Counted from the first letter of the stretch, positions 49,606-58,042 are shown. The stretch: DNA of 64,000 nucleotides from Methanomicrobia archaeon (GCA_015660915.1 JACTTZ010000006.1:16370-80369), one strand, 5' to 3'. Notes: generated by a model not told the origin, from the sequence alone. Translations and numbers: made by a program.

Positions 49606-52086
49606 ATGAATGATTATTCATCTGAAGATGATGTCAAATATAAGTTTGCGGTTTCCTTTCTCGAAAAAAAAGGCTATTCAACAGATTTTATGGATTTTAA
49701 CAAATCTATAAAAGTTCAAGAAGGCCGCAAAGAAAAGACGATTTTTGCTGATATTGTCGTTTACATCGATAAGAAGAAACAATCTCCTATCATTCTTGTT
49801 GAGACAAAATCTCCAAATGAAATTTTGAATAAAGCCGCAGTTGAGCAGGCAATATCATATGCGCGGTTATTGCCAAGAATTGCACCCTTCGCCCTTTTAA
49901 CAAATTCCAGCCAGACGCGCATTTACCAAGTTGTTGACAAAAACAGAATTGAAGAACTACCAACCAAAGCAGATTCGCGTAAGGATATTGTAACGTCAGT
50001 TATCAGCAAAGCCACTCAGGACTCGCTTAGGCAAGATGCAATTCACGAGCTGTTTGTAATTGATGATGTAAAGACCTTCAGAAATGTGCTAAAACAATGC
50101 CACAACGAAATTCGGAATAATGAAGGCTATGATCCAATTCAAGCTTTTGATGAAATGAGTAAAATTCTCTTCTGCAAGATGTATGAAGAGAAATATGATA
50201 ATGACAACCGATTTACCTTGCGGGTTTTTGACAGGACAATCAATACCTACCGCTTCAATATCATCCAGAAGATATACGAAGAAACAATTAAGCACCCTAA
50301 ATATGCTTCGCTTTTCCCGGAAAATGATAAAATAAAACTCAAAGATCGAACCATAAGGAGGATAGTCAAATTATTTGAACACTATGACCTATCACTTACA
50401 GCGTTTGACATAAAAGGAGAAGCATTTGAATACTTTTTGAGCGACACATTCACAGGTGGATTGGGGGAATATTTCACACCGAGAAACGTTGTTGAATTTA
50501 TTGTAGATGCTATAGACCCTAAAATAGCGGAAAAGATTGTAGACCCTTTTTGCGGAACAGGTGGATTTCTGATTTACGCATTTGATGTCGTGCACCAGAA
50601 AATCCGACTTCAAGATTTTTCTGAAGATGAAAGACAGAAGTGGCAAGAAGCACTGTCAAGTAGATCTTTATTTGGAACCGATTGGAAAGAAAGGACAATT
50701 CAAGCCTGTAAGATGAATATGATTGTTCACGGAGATGGACATACGGGGATATTCTTGCACGATGGTCTAACGAATATCAAAGAGACGGTTCAAGAGAATT
50801 CCTTTGACGTATGTTTAACAAATCCCCCGTTTGGAGCCGTTGAGAATAACAAAGAGGTCTTGGATAATTATCACTTTGGCAAAGGAAGGGAGTCACAGGA
50901 AAGGGAGATCTTGGCCCTCGAAAGAGCGATTCAATTAATAAAACCAGAGCGTAAGTGTGGAATGGTAGTGATTGAAGGAATTTTGAACAATGACAAATAC
51001 AAACCCGTTAGAGACTATGTAAAACAAAAGGTATGGATAGATGGAATTGTAAGCCTACCATCAGACACGTTTTCTGGTTATGGTTCAAAAGCGGCTACCT
51101 CTTTGTTTTTCTTCACTAAAAAAACAGAGCCTGATGAAGGAGAGCAAAAAAGCATCTTCATGGCAATTTGTAACAATTCAGGCTATTCAGCATCAGGACT
51201 AGAGATTCCCGGAAACCAATTGCCAGACATCTTGGTTCAATATAAAAAATTCTTAAAGAATCCGGCAGACGCAACGATTTCTGGTAGTAATGTCGCAGTT
51301 GTCTCAACGGATGATTTGCGAGACCGTTTTGACCCGCAACACTATATTTCGCAAGTGGAGAGCAAAATATCTACCAGCGCCGAGGTCATAAAGACTCAAG
51401 AGCAACTGAAACAGCATTTCAAGAATGTCCAAGCGGATAGTGACTCACTTGTCGACTCCCAATTAACCAAAATAGCAGATATTGGTGAATGGGATATTGT
51501 TAAAATAACAAAGCTTGTCGATGAATATAAAGCTCCTGAAAAATTAGAGCCTAATACTGATTACGCTCTGGTGGGAGTTAGAGGACACGCGCTAGGCGCT
51601 TTTATTAAAGATACTAAAAAAGGAAGTGAAATCAAAGCCAAAAAACTATACAAAACTAAGCCGGGATGTTTGATCTATAACAGGCTGTTTGCGCATCGTG
51701 GGTCGTTCGCAATTCTGGACGACTCTTTTGAGAACTGTTATGTTTCTGGAGAATTCCCACAATTTATAGCTAAGGAGCAAACAAAATACGAACCCGCTAA
51801 CCTAATTAAATATTTGTTTTATTATTGTATAAATCCGGTTTTTGTGGATAATGTCAGACGATATTCTTCCGGCTCGACCAAAGGAAGCCGGTTTAGGTTA
51901 AAAGAAGATTCGTTTTTGGATTTCAAAATTAAAATACCAGCAAGCTCACAGAATTTGAATGCGTTAGTAAATAAACTAGATGACCTTTTTTCGACAACTA
52001 AGAAAATTAAAGAAACACAAATGATGCTTGACTCGGAGATGGAACAACTAAAAGAAAGAATCGTTATGACTCTCCCCCAATCTTAA
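49606..52086 (+). CDS. Single-chain restriction-modification enzyme (HsdR-N-like nuclease + N6-adenine MTase + TRD)
   Basis: ADIVV..LVETK nuclease motif, GEYFTPR, DPFCGTGGFL, TNPPFG, HsdS-like C-terminus. Confidence 0.88.
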   Translation: MNDYSSEDDVKYKFAVSFLEKKGYSTDFMDFNKSIKVQEGRKEKTIFADIVVYIDKKKQSPIILVETKSPNEILNKAAVEQAISYARLLPRIAPFALLTNSSQTRIYQVVDKNRIEELPTKADSRKDIVTSVISKATQDSLRQDAIHELFVIDDVKTFRNVLKQCHNEIRNNEGYDPIQAFDEMSKILFCKMYEEKYDNDNRFTLRVFDRTINTYRFNIIQKIYEETIKHPKYASLFPENDKIKLKDRTIRRIVKLFEHYDLSLTAFDIKGEAFEYFLSDTFTGGLGEYFTPRNVVEFIVDAIDPKIAEKIVDPFCGTGGFLIYAFDVVHQKIRLQDFSEDERQKWQEALSSRSLFGTDWKERTIQACKMNMIVHGDGHTGIFLHDGLTNIKETVQENSFDVCLTNPPFGAVENNKEVLDNYHFGKGRESQEREILALERAIQLIKPERKCGMVVIEGILNNDKYKPVRDYVKQKVWIDGIVSLPSDTFSGYGSKAATSLFFFTKKTEPDEGEQKSIFMAICNNSGYSASGLEIPGNQLPDILVQYKKFLKNPADATISGSNVAVVSTDDLRDRFDPQHYISQVESKISTSAEVIKTQEQLKQHFKNVQADSDSLVDSQLTKIADIGEWDIVKITKLVDEYKAPEKLEPNTDYALVGVRGHALGAFIKDTKKGSEIKAKKLYKTKPGCLIYNRLFAHRGSFAILDDSFENCYVSGEFPQFIAKEQTKYEPANLIKYLFYYCINPVFVDNVRRYSSGSTKGSRFRLKEDSFLDFKIKIPASSQNLNALVNKLDDLFSTTKKIKETQMMLDSEMEQLKERIVMTLPQS

Positions 52087-52210
52087 TTTTTTTGATTGTT
52101 ACTTCGATATAATCTCCTTTCTGTAATCCCTCGTCTTCCCACGCTTTTTTATCGATTACAATACGTCTTTGCTTGTCATTCTTAACTTGCACAATAAATG
52201 GTTTTGACAT
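52064..52210 (-). CDS. 48-aa AbrB/MazE-type DNA-binding protein (not in ORF track)
   Basis: MSKPFIVQVKNDKQRRIVIDKKAWEDEGLQKGDYIEVTIKK; GGTGA RBS; divergent from the transposase. Confidence 0.7.
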   Translation of the reverse strand: MSKPFIVQVKNDKQRRIVIDKKAWEDEGLQKGDYIEVTIKKIKIGGES

Positions 52211-52270
52211 ATTCACCATATATGTCTTCTTCACCACAAACTATTTATTCTTTCCGACCTATTATTATTG

Positions 52271-52284
52271 TGGTGAATTCACCA
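52271..52284. promoter_or_regulatory. Palindromic operator candidate TGGTGAATTCACCA
   Basis: Perfect 14-bp palindrome just upstream of the transposase ATG; further TTCACCA half-sites at 52212 and 52230. Confidence 0.55.
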
Positions 52285-52298
52285 TAGACGTGACAATC

Positions 52299-53537
52299 AT
52301 GCAAGCTCAAGAATTGTTGGAAGCTCGGAAGGAACGAGGCACGGAAATAGCACATAACAACCACATCAAAAAGAGCGAGAAGGGGTGGCTAGTCCATTCT
52401 CAAACGAGCGATGCATCTTACATCGTTCAGTTCTCAGAGTTTGACCACACACATTCATGCGATTGTCCTGATTACCAATACCGGAAAATCAAGTGCAAAC
52501 ACATCTTCGCGGTTGAACTCATTGTTACCGAAGAGATCGACGAGCTAGGTAAGGTCACACAGACTGTCACAAAGAAGGTCAGCTACACACAGGATTGGCA
52601 AGCCTACGACCACGCTCAGATACACCAAAAGGAACTGTTCATGCAACTGCTTCAAGACGTATGCCGCCGTGTGCCACAGCCTGAATACACATTCGGAAGA
52701 CCGAAGCTGCCGCTATCTGATATGGTGTTCCTATCAGCCCTCAAGGTGTTTAGCACCTTCTCATTAAGACGGTTCTTGACAGATGCAGAGATAGCAAAAG
52801 AACGCGGCTACATCGAGAACGTGCCGACGTATGTTTCTGTTGCTCACTATATGGAGAATCCAGACGTAACGCCTATTATCAAGGAGCTTATCACGGTAAC
52901 GAGTCTTCCGCTAACGTCTGTCGAAACAGATTTCACGATAGACAGCTCAGGATTTGGAACCTCAAGGTTTGTTAAGTGGTTCGACCACAAATACGGTAAG
53001 GAAGTTGATACAAGGGCGTGGGTTAAAGCTCACCTCATATGCGGAGTGAAGACGAACATTGTGACGGCGGTTGAACTGACGATGACAAACGAACACGATA
53101 CGAAATTCCTACCTGAACTGGTGTTTCAGACGGCTCAGAACTTTAACGTCAAGGAAGTTTCGGGGGACAAGGCGTATTCGTCAAGGAAGAACTTACAGCT
53201 CATTGGCGACTTGGGAGCTACGCCCTATATTCCTTTTAGAAAGGGAACGACAGGACTCTCTAAGGGCTCAACGATGTGGAAGAAGATGTACCACTACTTC
53301 GAATTCAAAAACGAAGAATTTTTAGAGCATTACCACAAGCGGAGCAACGCAGAAACCACTTTTCATATGATAAAGAGTAAGTTCGGGGATTCGGTGCGGA
53401 GTAAGACAGAGGTTGCTCAGGTCAATGAAGTGCTGTTGAAAGTGTTGTGTCACAACATCTGCGTTGTGATTCAAGAGATGTTCGAGCTCGGACTCGATAT
53501 TAGTTCGTTGTTTCCTATAGGAAATAAGCTAACTTAG
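52299..53537 (+). CDS. Transposase: N-terminal SWIM zinc finger + IS4/IS5-type DDE domain
   Basis: CDCPDY..CKHI; D (IDSSG), D (GDKAY), E in the YREK-type motif Y-HK-R-SNA-E-TTFHMI-K. Confidence 0.92.
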   Translation: MQAQELLEARKERGTEIAHNNHIKKSEKGWLVHSQTSDASYIVQFSEFDHTHSCDCPDYQYRKIKCKHIFAVELIVTEEIDELGKVTQTVTKKVSYTQDWQAYDHAQIHQKELFMQLLQDVCRRVPQPEYTFGRPKLPLSDMVFLSALKVFSTFSLRRFLTDAEIAKERGYIENVPTYVSVAHYMENPDVTPIIKELITVTSLPLTSVETDFTIDSSGFGTSRFVKWFDHKYGKEVDTRAWVKAHLICGVKTNIVTAVELTMTNEHDTKFLPELVFQTAQNFNVKEVSGDKAYSSRKNLQLIGDLGATPYIPFRKGTTGLSKGSTMWKKMYHYFEFKNEEFLEHYHKRSNAETTFHMIKSKFGDSVRSKTEVAQVNEVLLKVLCHNICVVIQEMFELGLDISSLFPIGNKLT

Positions 53538-53662
53538 GTTAACGTCAACCGCGGTTAACGTTATGCTCTTCGAGAGCCGTTCTTAGCTTCATTTGAGTGT
53601 TTCCATTGGAAACTGTTAAGTGCACTTAACGTTAAGCGCGCTTGACCTTAACCGCGGTTAAG
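53528..53662. repeat. Five 16-bp palindromic units (2+3 in tandem)
   Basis: GCTAACTTAGGTTAAC, GTCAACCGCGGTTAAC; GTTAAGTGCACTTAAC, GTTAAGCGCGCTTGAC, CTTAACCGCGGTTAAG. Confidence 0.8.
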
Positions 53663-53786
53663 ATGTCAATGAATAGCATGGTTAGTTTTGGGTTCTCTTT
53701 TTTTGAAAATCTCTTGTTAAAAAAGTAAGACGTTTGTTAAAAAAGTGGGTTCAATTTCTGACTTTATTTACAAAGCCTAACTCTTA

Positions 53787-53801
53787 GAAAATATTATATA
53801 T
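53787..53801 (+). promoter_or_regulatory. BRE/TATA box of the downstream HTH gene
   Basis: GAAAAT-ATTATATA about 27 bp before the ATG at 53827. Confidence 0.7.
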
Positions 53802-53826
53802 TATTAACGGCGTTAATTTGGTTGAT

Positions 53827-54108
53827 ATGAATGCACATGGCGTTGCTGCTGCAATTACCGTAAACGATAGGCCAAACAACCTCGAAGACGTGGCCAAAAA
53901 ACTACGCGTATATCCACCCAGCGTAAAACTAGTGTTCAAGGCGCTTGAACAAAACGGCACAATGACCCTAACCGATATCAAACAGGAAACGTATTTGCCC
54001 TATCGAACAGTGAGATACGCGATCAAAAGGCTAAAAGAAGGCGGTTTGGTAACTCGCATCTTCTACATCCAGGATGCAAGACAAAGTCTCTACCGTTTAG
54101 CGGAATAA
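53827..54108 (+). CDS. Small winged-helix transcriptional regulator
   Basis: PPSVKLVFKAL..ETYLPYRTVRYAIKRL..DARQSLY. Confidence 0.85.
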   Translation: MNAHGVAAAITVNDRPNNLEDVAKKLRVYPPSVKLVFKALEQNGTMTLTDIKQETYLPYRTVRYAIKRLKEGGLVTRIFYIQDARQSLYRLAE

Positions 54109-54191
54109 CTGTTTATGTGCTCGTTCGATCTTGCTAACCCCGTACCAGATCTGCGCAGCGGTTTCAGAACGACGATTAGAGTCGGACCACC

Positions 54192-54551
54192 TTAGAAGCA
54201 ACAGCCCGAATCCAGCGGCTCTTCCGCGGCACGCTTATCAAGAACTAATTTGATTTTATTGCACACGTCACAGAGGTGCGTTGAAAGCGCATCAGGATCG
54301 TCTTTGTATTCTTCAAGGTAATCGTCGATCACCTCGAGCACCTCGGTATCTTGTCCTACAGTCCCCCGTTTGCTTTTAACGTATTGATTAACAGCAGCGG
54401 GCGTAACGCCGAGTATTCGCGCGATTTGCGCCTGGCTTATTCCCTCGTCCTTCATTCGTACCGCCATCTCCGCTCGTATCGCCGGAAGGACGTACTGCAC
54501 GATTATCTCACATCGCGGCCTAATCTTTGACGCCCTATCTGTTTCGCTCAT
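54192..54551 (-). CDS. HTH transcriptional regulator (COG2522-like)
   Basis: PRCE..VLPAIR..SQAQIA.ILGVT.AAVNQY..KRG, C..C. Confidence 0.85.
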   Translation of the reverse strand: MSETDRASKIRPRCEIIVQYVLPAIRAEMAVRMKDEGISQAQIARILGVTPAAVNQYVKSKRGTVGQDTEVLEVIDDYLEEYKDDPDALSTHLCDVCNKIKLVLDKRAAEEPLDSGCCF

Positions 54552-54554
54552 GTG

Positions 54555-55727
54555 CTACAACAGTTCATATTTCTCGGCGATCTCCTTAAAGGCATCTGCG
54601 ACATACGACGTTTGGTCCCACGTTAAGCCGTATGTGTTGAGCTTCCACGTGCGGGTCGCGCCTGCAAACTCGCCGACGATGCCGCGCTGTTTCAGCTCGT
54701 CGCTGAAGAAGAACCCTCGTCGCTTGTGGTCCCTGGCGATCTTATCAAAGCTGCCAGAGGTATCCACTTTCGTCAGGGTGTGCTTGCGCGGGTACTCGCT
54801 CAAACATTTGTTGCCCTTAATGCTGAGGAGGGCTTCGATTACTGAGTTCGACTTAGTTACATAATTCTGCCAATCACTGACACGCCGCTCGATAGTCGGA
54901 AATGAGGCCATCATGGCAAGGATGTTAGCCCCCATGAGCGTACAACCGAGCATTTCGACCTCCTTAATACCGAACTTGCGCCCCGTGACGTCGCCGATCA
55001 TCTGCGTCGTGCGAAGAACCGGATCCGCATACTCGGCAGTGGTCGCCAATACACCGCTTGGCGCTGGAGAGGCCATCGACTTGTGCCCGCTCCCTACGAC
55101 GAAATCGACGCCGAGCGCCTTACCATCGACCGGCTTGATGCCAACGGTATACGCGCCGTTGTAGAGGATAGGAATGTCGTACTGGTGGGCTGCCTTCGCC
55201 GCCCCTGCGATATCGTGCTCATTTGCAAACGAGTAGTCGAAGTGGTCGAGCATGACGAGTGCGGGCGCCTTGCCCTGTTCGCGCGTTACCTCCTCTATCT
55301 TCTGCGCAACGGCGTCGCCGGTTATGACGTTATGCTTGTTTAGAGGGACCTCTTTCACGATTGCCTTTGCATTCTCAACCGCCAAAAACTCGGTATAGTG
55401 TGCCAGGGCGGAAACCAAAACAGTGTCCCCCTTTTCGGCGAGTGAGAGGCAGACGGCTTGAAAGGCACGTCGCGCCCCCGGCGTGACACGCGCTTCGTCC
55501 ATGTTGAGGAACTTGGCGAGATCGCTGTGAAATTCCGCGATAGGTGGCTTCGTGATCTTATCGAGCCGAAAAGGCTTGCGGCATTGATCGCACGTTGAAT
55601 AGCCGTCGCCGTAAGCGATAAGCGCCTTCATCGCATCGGCAGTGAGTCGGCCTGCCGCTTGGATGGGTTGAATATTAATGTAGTTCTCTTCGACCTCGCG
55701 GACGGGAATATTATTTGCGATCTTCAT
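54555..55727 (-). CDS. pscS: O-phosphoseryl-tRNA:Cys-tRNA synthase (SepCysS)
   Basis: INIQPIQAAG, DGYSTCDQC, GSGHKSMA, EMLGCT. Confidence 0.93.
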   Translation of the reverse strand: MKIANNIPVREVEENYINIQPIQAAGRLTADAMKALIAYGDGYSTCDQCRKPFRLDKITKPPIAEFHSDLAKFLNMDEARVTPGARRAFQAVCLSLAEKGDTVLVSALAHYTEFLAVENAKAIVKEVPLNKHNVITGDAVAQKIEEVTREQGKAPALVMLDHFDYSFANEHDIAGAAKAAHQYDIPILYNGAYTVGIKPVDGKALGVDFVVGSGHKSMASPAPSGVLATTAEYADPVLRTTQMIGDVTGRKFGIKEVEMLGCTLMGANILAMMASFPTIERRVSDWQNYVTKSNSVIEALLSIKGNKCLSEYPRKHTLTKVDTSGSFDKIARDHKRRGFFFSDELKQRGIVGEFAGATRTWKLNTYGLTWDQTSYVADAFKEIAEKYELL

Positions 55728-55902
55728 GCTCGAAAACTCCTTCCAGTCTCGACAGGGCTTCTTTTGCATGAAGAACCATGTCAAGCGCCTGAGCTCGTTG
55801 TTTCTCGCTCAACTTGTGCAGGGGTGCTGTCTCTCTGAGCAGCACCCTCAGATCGGTGAGCGCGAACAACGCTTCAAAAAGGGTATCCACTTGTTCACTC
55901 AT
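55711..55902 (-). CDS. Small helical protein upstream of pscS (SepCysE N-domain-like, 'SepCysSn')
   Basis: LFEALF.L..LR..LR.T.P.H.L pattern; overlaps the pscS start. Confidence 0.65.
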   Translation of the reverse strand: MSEQVDTLFEALFALTDLRVLLRETAPLHKLSEKQRAQALDMVLHAKEALSRLEGVFEHEDRK

Positions 55903-56136
55903 GCTTTAATCTCAAAATTGGTCTTGCCTTCACGTTGTCGTAGCTCATGACACGACTATAATCAACGTCCTGTACGATATGCAAGCTATTGAACGTTCAT
56001 AAAAGGACAAAATATGCCGGCAACTGCACGCTCATCATTCGAGTCATACATAAAGTCATGTACGAACAGATCGTGCACGGTTAAGGTGACACGTGTCGAT
56101 TGATCGAATGCAATCAAAAAAAGGGGGGGATGTCGA

Positions 56137-56649
56137 ATTCGACTTCTTCTAATCCACTCGGATAAGATCAGCTACAAGGTAACCCAACGAACGAAGGTGG
56201 CTGAGGACATAGAATCGACCGCGGATAGCATGGAAGACTGTCTCGTTGTCTTCTCAAGTGTGGAGAAGCTTGACGAGCTCAATGCACCAGGAGTGGCCGA
56301 AGCGGCAAAGAACAGCATCGTCGACGTGCTGGGCAAGCTAAAGGAAGACCGTATCATGCTCTTCCCATTTGCGCACCTCACGAGCACGTTAAGCTCCCCT
56401 CAAGTGGCGTTACAGATACTTCTGTCGCTTGAAGAGGCATTAAAAACAGAGGGCTTCACCGTCAAAAGGGCGCCTTTTGGGTGGAACAAGGAGTTCGACA
56501 TCAAGAGTAAGGGACATCCGCTGGCCGTTCTTTCAAAGGTCATCTGCCCGTACGGCAAGATGGAGTGCGATTTCCTGTGCCCGTATTGCACGAATCCGAT
56601 AAAGATTCAGGACCTCGGCTGCGAGCGTAAGCCGCTCCCGATGGCTTAG
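56137..56649 (+). CDS. Free-standing archaeal ThrRS editing-domain homolog with C-terminal Cys cluster; apparent ATT start
   Basis: (I)RLLLIHSD, PFAHL, RAPFGW.K.F.I..KGHPL, CPY..C..CPYC. Confidence 0.8.
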   Translation: MRLLLIHSDKISYKVTQRTKVAEDIESTADSMEDCLVVFSSVEKLDELNAPGVAEAAKNSIVDVLGKLKEDRIMLFPFAHLTSTLSSPQVALQILLSLEEALKTEGFTVKRAPFGWNKEFDIKSKGHPLAVLSKVICPYGKMECDFLCPYCTNPIKIQDLGCERKPLPMA

Positions 56650-56773
56650 CTCTTTGAGCGGATTACATTGGCTAAGTTAGAGCTACGGGCACATGAAAGA
56701 CTAAACAAAGAAAGGCCAAGCGCGGGCGATAGTGCGTTTAAGCGCGACAAGTGCACGCAAAACGAGGAGTGGT

Positions 56774-57226
56774 ATGTATAGCGAGAAAGTCATGCTTCAT
56801 TTTATGAACCCGCACAATATGGGGGAGATCGAGAACCCGAGTGGGGTCGGCGTTGTCGGCAACCCCGTGTGTGGGGACCTCATGCAGATTCAGATCAAGG
56901 TGGAAGACGGTGTTCTTACGGACGTCAAGTTCAAGACGTTCGGCTGTGGGGCAGCCATCGCAACGAGCAGCATGGTCACCGATCTGGCGATCGGAAAGAC
57001 GATCGAAGAGGCGCTCAAGATCACGCGAGAAGACGTCGCCGAGAACCTCGAAGGGTTGCCTCCGGTGAAGATGCACTGCTCCAATCTGGCCGCCGACGCC
57101 CTCCACGCCGCGATAGAGGATTATCTGAAGAAAGAGGGGCGCGGCGAGTGGCTCAATGGAAAGAAAAAGGCCACAAAGAAAAGGACTGGAACAAAAAAGG
57201 GTGCGCGTCGGCGGCGGGCCGCCTAA
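56774..57226 (+). CDS. iscU: Fe-S scaffold IscU/NifU
   Basis: GNPVCGD, FGCGAAIA, LPPVKMHCS. Confidence 0.93.
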   Translation: MYSEKVMLHFMNPHNMGEIENPSGVGVVGNPVCGDLMQIQIKVEDGVLTDVKFKTFGCGAAIATSSMVTDLAIGKTIEEALKITREDVAENLEGLPPVKMHCSNLAADALHAAIEDYLKKEGRGEWLNGKKKATKKRTGTKKGARRRRAA

Positions 57227-57548
57227 CGTCCGCGCAAAAGACTCTTTTTAAGTTGCGCTGAACTCCTAGGAATGCTGACCACTCAAATGAGAAAAATCAC
57301 AAGAATTAAGCTTGCGTCAAGCGCGCGCATTGCTATACCCCCTTTGGATCAATACCTAAACAAACAGCTTGCGTGGTCTGCTGTTGAAAACGGCAATCGT
57401 GCCCCTTTTGGAGAATCACCTAAGCACTATTTCGCTCCATTGGGCAAAAAACAGACTACAATTATCCGACCATACGACTGCCCGTACGTTTTCAATCCTC
57501 GCAGGTCTACCGATGCGCATCTACCAGACCGTACGTGAAGGAGCTAAG

Positions 57549-57611
57549 GCCAGATTAAAGAAGAAAAAGCTGATATTTTTCTAATAAACTCTCCGCCTCG
57601 CTGAGACGGAG
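57549..57611. repeat. Dispersed ~60-bp repeat, copy 2 (hairpin inverted)
   Basis: Same leader as 39113; the hairpin is the exact reverse complement of copy 1. Confidence 0.8.
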
Positions 57612-58042
57612 ATCTCACTACTTTGCTAACAAACGATAGCGTTTTAATGTTTGGGGTGCAGGTGGCAGGCTCATCCCGACGTCCCCCTAAATTCTTCGAG
57701 AAGGCCAATGGGAGATAACTGCATTTTTTGAGAGCATCGGAAGGTATGATATTACTGCACTCGCTGCAGACCAAAACGCCAACGAAATTCTCTTACAATA
57801 CAAAGCGGCTAGTCAGTCGAGAGCTGACTCTCCGGGATTGCCTACCCCTCCCCCTGGATGCATAACGCTGGCTTCAGTCACAGTCTCCAGAAGGGAGGGC
57901 AGCGGGTGCTAGTAAAACCGCTAATCGACTCTCGAAACGCCTGTGTGAGTAGGCGTCTGTGTCAGTAGAACGTCTTCCCGATAAGCAGTTGTTTTCCAGG
58001 CTAGCATTGGAGCCACAAAGGATTTCCGGGAAAAGAGATCCT

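Larger units (their letters stand above)
48319..53777 (+). mobile_element. Cargo transposon 'element C' (5459 bp), intact transposase
   Basis: TIRs GGCTTTGTAAAATAAGT / GGCTTTGTAAATAAAGT; TSD TAACTCTTA at 48310-48318 and 53778-53786; subterminal TGTTAAAAAAGT repeats. Confidence 0.93.
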
